From the NCBI RefSeq assembly GCF_964194025.1, contig NC_134479.1, positions 38,378,001 through 38,442,000 of the forward strand: a stretch of DNA of 64,000 bases. The letters run 5' to 3'. Of this stretch, positions 24,838-36,362 are shown piece after piece (position 1 is the first letter of the stretch; the number at the start of each line of letters is the position of its first letter). The notes under the pieces were generated by a model, which had not been told where the DNA came from, searched no databases, and saw nothing but the letters and a program-made list of their open reading frames with translations. The DNA is from Convolutriloba macropyga. Its lineage: Eukaryota. Position numbers and translations under genes: made by a program.

Positions 24838-25783
24838 ATGCCTTTTACTTCCTCAAAAGACACACAGTTTGGAGATTGCTATTTCGACATTTCCCAAACA
24901 GAAAAACGTTTGGTCAGGGCAACTTTAAAAACGTACAAGAGAACTGGAACATATGTGTTTCTAAAATTGCTCAAGAAAGCGGCTGAGGATTACCTTTTTG
25001 AACAGAGAATTTCTCTGACTCTAGAAGAGTTTGGAAATTTAGTCAAAGAAGCAGAAAAATACGTGAATCTGCAACGCAAGATTCCCCATGAAAACAAGCC
25101 CCAGCAAAAAAGCAGAAATTTGATCAGTGTAGTAAAGATGGTGGAAGCAATGTTTGAGCGATCTCCCAACTATTTCAAACAATTTCAAAAGCAGTTCAAG
25201 TTTTTAATTGCTAACGAAAAGCCAAACTTAACAGCTTCGAATAACTATGCTGTGTGTCCTCATTTTGAGTCTGAATTTTGTCAGTTACCCACTAACCCTT
25301 TCCACGTTCTGATTGAGAGTGCAGTCGATGTTGAGACCATGAAGCCAATCAAAACTTTTGCAGTTCCCTGTCTCTTCACTACCTTCAGACACTTTTTTTC
25401 AACTTCAACGAGTCTGGAATTTAAAGGAGATACATTTTCAAAATTACAGCTTGCCGTTTTCTTTAATAACAAATCTGGAGAGAAAAAGGATACAGCAAAC
25501 GTACGCAAGCGACTTCCACCCTGGGCAACAGCGGCAATCAAACTACCAAAATCTACAGCGGTCACTAGCGGAGTCTCAGAAAACGATTCACAATTTTGTG
25601 TGTTCTACAATTTCATCGAAAACTCAAACTGATCAATTTAGTAGTGAAACTTTGAAAAGAGTGGAATCAATTTTGAGTGGATCTCATTCTGGTGCTGTTT
25701 GTCAGATTATGGATATATTTATGAGTGGTTTTGGGTATATGAAGAAAAAAATCAGTTTAAAAAAATTTATTTCACAATGTTAG
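24838..25783 (+). pseudogene. Plus-strand Polinton accessory gene(s): N-terminal PC4-like ssDNA-binding domain followed by an unknown region
   Basis: YFDISQTEKRLVRATLKTYKRTGTYVFLKLL...QRISLTLEEFGNL fits the PC4 beta-sheet plus 'ISL..EEF..L' helix pattern; continues via a frameshift into 25358-25783. Confidence 0.55.
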
Positions 25784-25788
25784 TTTTG

Positions 25789-26214
25789 TTATAGCATCAT
25801 GTGAAGAGCAAAGCGAATCGATTGAAAATCACTACAATTTACAATTTGTCTATTATCAAATATTAAATGAGCAATAAAAATACAAAAGAGTCCGCACAAT
25901 TCTGAGTTTTGACTTTGAATTCGTTGTTGTTCAAGTAATTGGTGAAACTGTACATTATTTTTTGCAAGTCGTTGATAAATATTCTTGTAAGAAGACAACG
26001 ATTGACCAAGGGGATCAGCAAACAGAAGATGGTCGCTTTTTTTACAAATGAGGAGCCAGTGCGTGCCAGGACTTTGAGATTTTGACGCATTTACTATTAA
26101 AAAAGTGTTTGATTTCAGTTTTGAAGGAAAATTGTCTGCTGCAAATACACCTCGAAACTTGTGCTTTAGTTTTTGACATCTCTGAATTAAAGCATTAATG
26201 TCGTCTCCGTCCAT
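25789..26214 (-). CDS. Adenain-like (C5) cysteine protease, apparently intact
   Basis: FRGVFAAD, IVN..., GTHW (His), FADPLG (Asp), IQ...LCGLFC (Gln/Cys). Confidence 0.93.
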   Translation of the reverse strand: MDGDDINALIQRCQKLKHKFRGVFAADNFPSKLKSNTFLIVNASKSQSPGTHWLLICKKSDHLLFADPLGQSLSSYKNIYQRLAKNNVQFHQLLEQQRIQSQNSELCGLFCIFIAHLIFDNRQIVNCSDFQSIRFALHMML

Positions 26215-27559
26215 CAGTTTGTTAGAATATGATTTTTTGACACTCGTCGCGCAGTATCAACAAAAATTGTACTAGCTTTTTCTCCAATGATGAAAGTTTC
26301 AAAGTTGGTCGGTAAGGCCGCTGAAAACCTCAACTCGATAGATATGGAACAGTTTGTTAGCTCCGGATGTATAAAATCATGAGAAGCTTGTTAGGTGCTA
26401 GTCAGATCAAATACCATTATAAAATGGTTGGGATAGTCTGACAGACTTATTCCGTGTCCATTGTCAATATAGGCTAAACCCGATATTGTATTAAAATAAA
26501 GGCGTTTGTTAACAGTTGTAGATATTGGGCTATCAGCCACTGGTAACCCGTTGCGATAAATATATAACTGTTCCAAGTCAAATTTTTGAAAATGAAATGG
26601 ATTTTGCATGTTATCGCCCAAAAAAGCTTCGTTTGTATTGAGACAAATGATTAATCTTCGGATTGGCTCTCGTGCAAAAATCTCCTCTTGCTTTCAACTA
26701 TGCAGACCAGTTGAAGCCAAAAACGTCTTTGTCAAAGTTGCAAAGTAGGGATAGGCAGCATGGCTAGTAAACAAGGTTTTTTCAATGGCAGACACGAACT
26801 CGTCATTCAATGTCATCTTGCGAACGTACAAATTAGCTTCAACAATTTTCACCTTGTAATGTTTTGCAGCAACATCGGAAACGATAACTAAGTCATCAAT
26901 AGATCTTTTGAATGCAATACGAAGTTTTACACCACTGAGCAAATGTTTATCACATGTGAAAAAGTCTGCCGCTTAAAGTTTACCATAAAAAGTGCATTCT
27001 GCAGAAAAAGTTTACCATAAAATGTGCATTCTGCAGACTCTCTGACTGAGTTTTTTCTTCATGCAATTTCCGCTGCTTTTATTGTAGATGGATCTTCTTC
27101 GTAAGAATAGCCTTGACATGCCAACCAAGTGTTCTTTGCATCTTTGTTATGTGAGAACTCAGTTTCTTTAAAACTCTTGTGTGCGTAACTTCCATTTGCG
27201 TTAGAGGTTTTCAATCCGTTGGCTGACACTGTGCAGTCAGAGAAAAGTGAATGCAACACACTATTGCAAAAGTTAGGAGCATCGGTTCTAGCAGTGTCAC
27301 CAGTAGCTGCCCCGTCATATTTGAGATCAGCTCCCGAACACTGAACAATTTTGCATTTGATTTCTAATAAATTTTTTTGTAAATCAATAAAATTGTTACG
27401 GTCACCAGTTACCTCGAACTCTAACATGGTTCCATCAGGACTATAAACAGGTCCCAATTTTTGACAAAAACTTCCATCGAAAGTCACCAAGAGCGCCAGC
27501 TTCTCAAACAGATCCAAATAGCTATGGGTTGCTTCGTTTGGTAACAGGTTAGCGATCAT
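26214..27559 (-). pseudogene. Major capsid protein (double jelly-roll, hexon-like), fragmented
   Basis: LDLF...LEFEVTG...FIDLQ...LHSLFSDC, L.GVKLRI, NLYVRK, NPFHFQKFDL, FDLT, ISIELRF pieces; stop codon overlaps the protease ATG (TGATG). Confidence 0.9.
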
Positions 27560-27634
27560 ATTTAACTTGAGAGAAGAAAACAGACAGACTTCTTTTTGGA
27601 AATTTTTGTTTTGAAATGTCCAAATTTTGTTTGG

Positions 27635-27978
27635 TTAATCTTTTTTTCTTGGTGATTTTTTTGAGCGACTCCTAATCGTTTTTCTTTGTTGGCGAAGTCT
27701 TGATCCCCCTGTTTGTTTTTTAACAGTGTTGCTTATTGTATTTTTGAGTGCTTGTTTGGATGATTTTTTACTGCCGACAACGTCTAACAACTTTGGAACA
27801 CTTTGCCTTAAAAGTTGTTTTCCAATACGTTTTGCAGTAGGAAGAATGAAACGTCGAGCTAAGGGTAAAGCGACCCGCCCAATTCCCACAGCTAGTGAAG
27901 CAAAATCGCTGCCTCTTTGCCTGTAGTGGCCAGAGAAATGTGGTAAGGATGTTGTTTGTTAGCGTAATAAGAGTCCAT
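27635..27978 (-). pseudogene. Basic core/condensing protein (Polinton pVII/pX-like), one frameshift
   Basis: MDSYYA...FSGHYRQRGS.F..LAVGIGRVALPLARRFILPTAKRIGKQLL...QTGG followed by an Arg/Lys-rich tail; sits between penton and MCP. Confidence 0.75.
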
Positions 27979-27979
27979 G

Positions 27980-28866
27980 CTAATTGAAAATTTTTTTGAA
28001 CTGAAGAGTTAAAATGACTTTACCGGTTCCCGAAAAGTGAACCAATTCTCCCGTTTCGGTGCGAAGCTCAATCGATATTGATTGTATAGTGCTTGATATG
28101 AGTTTTTTGTAATCTAAATTGGAAAAAACAATTCGATGAGTTGGTTCAAGATCGCAGACACTACTGTTTTTCAGACCTTGTTTTGAATCAATGACTCGAA
28201 GCAAGGGGGCTTTTGTATCACCAACGTACTGGTACTCAATCATATACGTATATATGAAAATTAAGTGCTTTCCTGAGCAAAGATCAACGGGAAATTCTCC
28301 ATAGTATGCTGCCGTTTCATCACTCTTCATTAGTCTGTTTGATGTTGCGCTTTTCATTTTGTACCCTATGTGTACTCCACTGTCATCTGGAATGCCCGAA
28401 AAACCAATAATGCTCGGAACTTCTTTACTGGGAAAAGTAATTCCTTCAATTTTACCCATCAAAATTTCAATCTTTCCAGTTTGCTTGATCTCTCTGAATG
28501 AAATGTTTGGTAGTCCAACAGTTCGTTTGATAGTAGTTAGTATGTCAACAACTGAATTAAATGTTCCCGTCATGATAGACAATTTCTCCTCGTTATAAGG
28601 ACGAGAGATCACATTGGCTTCAGTAGCCCTTTTCTGGCTGTCTTCGTACCCTTTTAAGCTATATACTACCATGCTCAATTTACACTATGCTCAATTTTTG
28701 TGGGGAAAATGATCTCACTGAGAGCTACTCTCCAGTTACCAGCGAGTTGAATTTCATCATTGAAAAGGTTTTGAAATGAACTGAGAGTGTTAGAGTCAAA
28801 GATTTCCATTGAAGCAGATGAAATAGCATGCACAGTGAATTCATCTGTGAAACGGTTTTCACTCAT
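27980..28866 (-). pseudogene. Minor capsid protein (penton), one frameshift
   Basis: F....SSAS..IF..NTLSSF...L.GNWRVALSEI.FP at the N-terminus; IFIYT..IEYQYVGDTKAPLLRVI...ISIELRTETGELVHF at the C-terminus. Confidence 0.88.
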
Positions 28867-29790
28867 TTTTCTCTATACGAACAAGCTGTAACTCTGGTTG
28901 ATAAAATTTGCCTTCAATTTTGTCACCGTTTGCATCAATAAGTGAATACGTTGGTGGATTGAAGGTTGCTAAGCTTTCTACTTCAAATACTTCGTCGGTG
29001 AAAGATTGTTTATACCCTTTCCTGAAGGCTTCGTCCTTTTTGACAATTCTAACAAAATCTCCAACGTAAAATCTCCAACGGGTCTCTGAAACTTGATTGT
29101 TTGAGCGCTCAAAGAGACACGTCGTGGAACATTCTTTTTAGTGACTCTATTTGGAGCAAGTTTCGTTACGCGGTTGACCCGTGAGTTAATTGTTTTCACA
29201 AATTGATCCAGTTTATCAATATAGGAGTATGTCCACTTTTCTGCAAGGTATTTGTAGATAATGTTTTTTAGTGATCGGATGTTCCTCTCTGCGAATGCAG
29301 ACTTTTTTCCACTAAAAGTGCTGTATAAATGAACTTTTCGTTTGCTGCATAAGGTTTTGAAGGCTCCAAGAAACTCTGTGCCATCATCAACCCACACTTT
29401 TTGTGGTTGCTTGTTTGTTTTTTATCATTTTTTAAAGGCCGAGGGAGTTTCCGTTGCATAATTCGTTTTTAAGGGCTCCACACGAAGGTACCTGGAAAGA
29501 CAGTTGACCGCAACCAATAAATATTTAACATTTCTGTAGTATTTTGCTAGTTTATACACATAAGCCAAGTCAACGGACCAAATTTCATTTATGTCTTTTA
29601 CTATTACTTTAAGTCTAGGAAATCGTAAAAGAATTAGGCGATATTTTGCAAAAGATGGCTTGGTTTCCAAGTATGTCTTAACTTTACCAAATGATAATTT
29701 GCCTTGGGTTTTTAGTCGCGTTGGCTTTCCAAACGATGCAGGTTCCTTCAAATACAGTTGGTCCAACATTTTTTTCTCAAAAGAATTAAG
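28859..29790 (-). pseudogene. Retroviral-like (rve) integrase, frameshifted
   Basis: LY...SFG, WSVDL, YLLVAVNCLSRY, WVDDGTEF, AERNIRSLK, PPTYSLID..G..IEGKFYQPEL. Confidence 0.93.
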
Positions 29791-30480
29791 ACCATTTTTG
29801 CTGTTTGGTCTCGTCTTTTGCCATCTTTTTTCTTGTACCCGTTTTTGTTTGGTTGATAACTTGATTGTCCTAGTGGGCTTGCAAAAATGTCTTCTTCGCT
29901 TTAGATGCTTCCAAGATCTGTTTGGCATAGGTATTCGACACTAAATGAGGTGAAAGTTCGAGAGCTAATAACGCTCTAGAATATTTTTGAATATCAATTT
30001 TCTTTGTTGACTGCTGTGTTATACAAAAAATTGACGCTTTTAAGGCAAGTGGTTGGTTATCAATATGAACGATACCACCTGGATCTTCAATGGATACCGT
30101 CGGGGATTCTAATATCTTGTTGAGAATGATTTCTGCTCTTCCGATTTTGTTTTTCTCCATCACTCCCAAATCTCTCATTATTGAGTGAAACGTTGTAGTT
30201 GTACTTTTTTTGACAATAGGTTCAATTTAACTGTCATCTCTCCTGGATTCCTCTTTTTCCTCATGGACTGTATCAACCTTTATGCTGGGTTCTGTCTGGA
30301 CTGCTCCATCCTTTTTTTTTACTTTTTTCCGGTTTTTGAAACATGTTTCTTTGAATGAGAGATAATTGCGTGGCTTTGTGATTGTAAACAGGATTATCAA
30401 AAATTTCACAAATTTCACTTTGCCGGTTGTGTTGACATGAACATTCTTTTGGGAATTAAAATAAATTCTTCAGTATACAT
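29787..30480 (-). pseudogene. Polinton hypothetical protein between ATPase and integrase, fragmented
   Basis: ATG at 30480 (MYTEEFILIPK), pieces 30227-30418 and 29870-30178; position and style match a common Polinton ORF. Confidence 0.55.
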
Positions 30481-30569
30481 TATCACTTCCTTAGATGAAG
30501 GTAACATGAGAGAGCAATACCTTTCAAAAGAACCGTGTTTTTAGCAAAAATCTGCCTTTTATTTTTTAA

Positions 30570-31412
30570 ACTTGTTTGTTTTGATAAAAGTTTTTTAAAT
30601 GAATTTTCCTGGCCTTGTATCAAAGTTTTCTTGCCGTTGACAACATTCAGCAAACACTCGCAAAGAAAGTTAATAAAACTATTTGGTGCCGACTTGAATT
30701 AGTTCTTTTGATTTTATGTCCGATGTCTCTATTATTCGCCGCAGCATACAAAGCTCTTTCTCCCTCCTTACTCAAATTCGTTATAACAGCTTTAGCTGGG
30801 GGAAGGTTAAAAAACGGATGGTCCTGGTGGAACAAAATTGGAGCAGTAACGTAAAACGTCCGAGGTTTTTGGATCCAGATCGATCAGTAAATGACCAAAG
30901 GGTTGTTTGGTTGCCAGCTTGTAGCTATCTTTCAAAAATTGCGTGTTATTAAGCTGTTGACCAATTAAACCAATCTGTTGAATGTCACGGGGTGATTTAA
31001 ATAAAATGATTTGTGTTGTATTAAGATTAATAGTTCGTGACTATTTACTTTGTTGAAATAAATTGTGTTTTACGTATATTATACTAATGTTTTTGTGACG
31101 TCCTGCTGTAGCCAATTTCGAAAACTCTTTGTCATTGAAAATTTCTTCGCATGAATCGTCAAACACAAACAGACAGTTTTCGAGCTCCGATATCAAATCG
31201 AAGCTTGAAAATTTGGTAAACTGTATGTTTAATTTTGCCTCTAGTGACTTAAATTTGGGTTGCTCATGTTGGTAGAAATAAAAAATCGAGAAGAACTTTG
31301 GAAAAAAAGTGCTTTCGAGTAACATTCTGAGAATAAGCTCTTTTTTACCACAACATGACGGGTTGCAAACGGCCATAAACAACCGGTCAGTTGTTGAAAT
31401 GATTTTATTCAT
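30570..31412 (-). pseudogene. A32/FtsK-like DNA packaging ATPase, inactivated
   Basis: Degenerate Walker A (CNPSCCGKK), Walker B FVFDD, GRHKNISIIYVKHNLF, NTTQIILFKSPRD. Confidence 0.92.
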
Positions 31413-32141
31413 AATTTTGGGTTGGGAAGAGCAAATCCAACTGTATAAGAGAGAAGAGAAAACCAAAATGTAGACTCTTCACATTCCAGCTGAAAAAACA
31501 CAATTTTTACCAGAGAAAATATTATGAGAAAAATTATAATGAAAACTTGCGTTAAATAAACAACTTCTGATCGTGGTATCCTTGAATCACAAGACCTCTA
31601 TGATCGTCTTTCATGGTGATTATCATCAAACACTAAGTCAGTTATTACCCCGCCCGTATCTAACTGATCCTCTGCTTTACTCATTTCCAAATAATTTTTT
31701 TAAAAAAGAGTTAAACTTGGTTATTTCATTATATAAATTTCATAAGTTAGAAATTGTGAGTTTTGAATATCATTAATAAAAGTAATGGTGTAGTTCGCAT
31801 TTACTCTGTCAGTTTTGTCTCTGAAAACAATTGACTGTACGTTGTTCTTTTCAATTCTTATTGAAATCATGTCCTATTTCAGCTGGAAGGCTCTTATCGT
31901 TCAGTGACATCAGATTTGGTACTGCACGATTGGGCATAGGTAAAGGGGTTAGTTTCAGTTTTCGCATTTTCTCTTCCAAAGACATGGTACAATTGAAAGT
32001 ACTCCAAAAGCGAAAGGTATTTCTTGAAGGCTTCTATTTCAGCTCCAGTAGAGACAATTTGCTGTTTCCTCAGTACAGTTTGACCACGATTGTCAACTTT
32101 TTCCTCTTTGACAAATGTAACTGTTAATTGATTTTCATCCG

Positions 32142-32717
32142 CTATACAACTGAAAAAACATTAAATTTGGGGACAAGATCACTTGAAGTAGAGAAGGTGC
32201 TGCGTTTTCGGACCGTCGATTCATTCGTTAGCCACAGGTAAAAAAGTGTAGCTTTTTTTGCACAGTGTTTATTTCTTTGTCGCTTAGGACAGCTTAAAAC
32301 ATGTAAAGTACAAATTGGTGTCTCGTGAAAAAGTTTCAAATTTTCGATTTTTGGACATAATAAAATCTCTAAATTGATAACGTCCTTCTTGAGAAGTTTC
32401 TGAAGAGTTTCTGTTTTTTCTGTTCCCTTTGCAAAAAAGTTGGCAAGGGAAATTGAAGTGCTATGCCATCAAAAATTTGTTGCAAATAGCAATATGGATA
32501 ATCTCCACTCTCCCAATTCAAACCATGGAGATACTTTGACACCCAACTGTATGATCGTCTCTCACCCATAGAGAGTATGTTAAGTCAAGTTGGGGGTAAA
32601 AATGACACAGTATCGCAGTAATTTTTTTGTCGAAACAGCTAGTTCTTTGATAATAAAACCAGATTTTTTACGTTGAAAGCCTTCAAAATCAAGGACAACT
32701 GGTCATGATATCAACAT
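32142..32717 (-). pseudogene. DEDD/DnaQ-fold zinc-binding nuclease-like protein (Maelstrom / arenavirus NP-exonuclease-like motif pattern), frameshifted
   Basis: Reconstructed VVLDFEGF...IKELAV...LHGLNW..GDYPY...AKGTEK...L...VINLE..CP...CTLH...HCAKK. Confidence 0.65.
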
Positions 32718-32759
32718 TCCAGCAAACTGAATAAATAGATTTTAAAAGTTTTTTAATAA

Positions 32760-33124
32760 AGACAGAAGACAAGTCCTTTCACGTTACCAAGGTACCCGTT
32801 TGTCACTGGACAGGATAGGACATGCTAATAGCCCGGCCCTTTTTCACTATATTCAAAGACAAAACCTGAAGCGTCGTGAAGTATAGCATGTAACCTCAAA
32901 GTTTTGTAAGACTTGAAATACTTGTCCAGAGAAGAATTATCAATACCAATCAGTCCACCATAGGGTCTCATTTTCATCGCAATATCCAAATCAAGGTCAG
33001 GATCCAAGTACTGACATGTTGCCAAGAAATAAACAAACCTTTCACCGTATTGAGAATAATCCTTTTTCAATTCCTTGTAAATTTCGTGAATAGCTTTTAA
33101 ATCAACCGTCGCTAGGGTTGTCAT
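32760..33124 (-). pseudogene. Small protein with HxxxHD motif, possibly PLA2-like; premature stop at 32825
   Basis: YGGLIG...LD...LRLHAILHDASG...GPGY; reading continues past the TAG (HVLSCPVTNGYLG). Confidence 0.4.
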
Positions 33125-33159
33125 GACGGAAAAATGAGTTTCAAGGCGGCCTAATCCCC

Positions 33160-33255
33160 TTAATCCCTTTCCGTCTAGGATAACCCCCTATTATCCCATG
33201 TTTAAGTATCGTAGGATAACCCCCCACTCTATTGAGACAGTATTTACTTACTACT
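33160..33255 (-). repeat. Polinton right TIR (96 bp)
   Basis: Reverse complement of 16385-16480. Confidence 0.97.
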
Positions 33256-34665
33256 TTGCTGTATAATTTTGGTTGGAATCCACATATTTGACTGAGGATT
33301 GCCTAGTGTGGATAAGAAACTAAGAGTAGCTTGAACATAAAATTGACGCAAATTGCGGTTTCTAGACGCATTTTGACGTGTTTTTCTTTAAGTGTCATAA
33401 TTCTGGTAGAAATGGTTTACAACAGCACTAGAACAATTTTTTTACAATTGAATCATATTATATTGATTCGTAGGGTTGTACAATTGAAGAATGGCCCCGT
33501 TGAGATTTGAACGCAACAATAACGAAGCCGGGCTGCGAAACTCTTATGAAAAGTACAGCAATTGCGACAACAGCTTGATATTTTATTGTCTTCAATGGAA
33601 TATATTCAGGATTTTATCACGTGAGAATATTGAAAGAAGCTAATTGATGACAGAAAAGGTGGTGTTTGTGAAAAAAATTAGCGGAAAATGCACTAAAATG
33701 AGTAGCCGACATGAAATAAAATAAATCCATCGACAAGAACGAAGAAAATTTTATGTGGAGAGTCCAATGAGGCACACAACAAGCGGATTTGGGTCATTTT
33801 TTAAGTGCTGAAAAAAGTGGCTTTGATTCCCTTTGCATAGGAAAAATGCTAGAAGGCTAACAATATTAATTTTGATTGCAGTAGAAAAGAGGGGAGTCAT
33901 TGCATTACTGATACTGACTCACATTTCACAAAAATAAATTTATGCTTGGCTAATATTAAAATTCCTAATATTGGCTAATATTAAAATTCCTAATATTGGC
34001 TAATATTAAAATTCCCTTTGCATACGAAAAAGGCTGGAATGAAATTATGAACTCTCTGAGAAAAAACAGTTTCGGTCTTCTGTACAAAATCCCCTACGAT
34101 TCGTCATCCTATATTGAGGATCGAAAGCCTCAAAATAGGATGGTGAATCGTAAGCATTATTTAGTTATGGGTAATTATATAAAAACTGCACGACTTTTAC
34201 GTAAATTTTCCATATTGTGAAAATTTTTTTGGCTGTGATAAATGAATACAAATCCCATGTACAGCTGGCTGTATCATAGCGAAAAACCGTAAGGCACAAA
34301 AATTTTTTTAATCTTGGACTCGAAAAATACAAAGTTTCCTGTTAACAATTGTTGATTGGGAAACATACGGATTCTCAACACTTTCTATAAAGTGTAAATT
34401 CTCTATCAAAATTTGTCGGTTCTGATCTACAGTCCTTTTGAGTTGTTGTCCAGTCTCCCTTCTGAGGAATTCTATCTTTTGAAAGCGAGGCTCCAGGACC
34501 GTGAGGGGTGCGAATATTTTGCTAGCTCAATGGAAATTGATGGCAAGAATGAGAGCTGTTAACTCTTCTTCTTTTGGGTTATCCTCTTGAATGACAGTAC
34601 AGTATAACACTACAGTATAACAGTATAACAGTACTAGCCAGGATGAGGTGCGCTACTCAAGACCG
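33256..34665. repeat. Repeat unit copy B, right part
   Basis: Colinear with ~13069-14275 (TATAATTTTGGTT.GAATCCACAT... to ...CAGGATGA.G). Confidence 0.9.
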
Positions 34666-36319
34666 CTCTTATCAGACCAACCAGATCAAAATTGCCTCTG
34701 TTCAGACAGACTCGAGTATCGCATGGGGGTGCCAGACCAATTTGAGTTGCGCACTGGGCGCGCCTTACCGTCTTCTGCCGTGCAGACTCACTTCGGTCGC
34801 ACGCTGGGAAAACGCCGATTGACATACTTTTAACTGTAGAAGTAGTAGTAATTATTGGCATAATTTATTATTTTCAGGGAAATAGACGTCTAATAGATTT
34901 TCTGCATATGGTTTCTGGGTTCTTCAGTGAAAAAATAACAGCTCCAAATAACGAAAACTTTTCAGCTCAAAAGCAATTCCACAATTTAGTCTATAGCATG
35001 GTCTGAGATGTTAATCAAGTAAAAATGGGAAGCGCTATTCAAAAAAAATGGTCAACTCGTGGGATAATTATCTCTTCCAGGGCCTCTTGTTTCTGGGCAG
35101 ACTTTCCAGACTGTGGAAAAATTTCTGATCAGACCGTACAGACTCTGGAAAGGGCTCTGATCATCAGACTATTTAGATCATACCAAAAAACTAGCCAGCT
35201 CCTAGACCACACTTTGATCAGACTATCCAGACTCTGGGTGGGGCTCTGACCAGACTGTACAGACCACAGCTAGTGCCCTGATCAGACCGTAGGTAGTGCT
35301 ACCAGACTCTGTGGGGTGAGCCCCCCCCCCCCCCCCCTCGTATGTGACCCAAGCTGGTTTGATCAAAGCAGGTTTGGGTCGCGCATCTCATCTTGGGTTT
35401 TGTTACCATTATTTTTTTAATTATTGTTAATGTTATCAAGACCTTATGAGAGAAATTAGGGACGTTGCATAGCATAGGCACGCCGTTTTTTGCCTAAGCA
35501 TTAATATATCCAGCAGTAATCGTTGCTGTCACAGTGCTGACAAAAGTTCATTCATGGTTGTCAACACATTCAAAATTTTTAGATGGTAATTTTGAGCCTT
35601 CATTAATCCAGACGTGTCCAGCATAGCTTACCCAGAGCGCCGTCTTCGTTTATGATTTTTGTCATCTCTGTCAAGTAATCAACCATCAGAAAAATTACGT
35701 TTCTTTTGATTCATATGTATTATTTTGCATCTACTTCATGGATATGAGACTTTTTTGATAGTGAAATGAACCAAAGACAAAAAGCCAGATGAAACAAAAA
35801 CAGCGGGAAACTGTTTGCTCGCCAAATATATTTGACAGTTTTGCGAGATCTTCTCTGCTTGTGCACCCCCCCCCCCCCCCAGTCTTAGTGGGTGCATATT
35901 TTTTGCATCCCCCAGGACGCATGTGCCATATATTTACATAATGATCAACTGTGTAATTGCACGTGCTCTCTAACGGGGGTGCACAACGTACAGGGGGCAC
36001 AAACGGAAAAGATCCGTTTTGCGTTATATTGACCGGCCACCAATCAAAGTGGTAAACAATCCTAGTGGCCACCCAATTCAATGGTACTCACATCAACATA
36101 AAATTGCAATGGTCTGAAAACTCAGAATCATGAAATCATTTCTGAAAGCTCGCCCATGCGCTAATGTTGCAATGACTCATACCATGTAGTGAAAAATGAA
36201 AAGAAATGAAAATCGAAAAAAATACGGTTCTCCAACTGCCATTCACTGAAGATTTGTTTATACCTTAAACTAAGTAAATGACAGTGATTTTTACTTTGAA
36301 ACTTTCCACGCACGGAGTC

Positions 36320-36321
<2 letters not shown>

Positions 36322-36362
<41 letters not shown>

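Larger units (their letters stand above)
16385..33255. mobile_element. Full-length Polinton/Maverick (adintovirus-like endogenous dsDNA virus), 16,871 bp, decaying
   Basis: AGTAGT...ACTACT termini, 96-bp TIRs, 6-bp TSD TTGCTG (16379-16384 and 33256-33261); pPolB, INT, ATPase, protease, MCP and penton all present. Confidence 0.98.

Noticed and set aside
16385-33255. Interpretation as an active, intact virus with only sequencing errors
   Set aside because: In-frame stops and substitutions at conserved residues (Walker A, motif A Tyr, EndoVII ligands) indicate real decay, although some homopolymer frameshifts may be assembly errors
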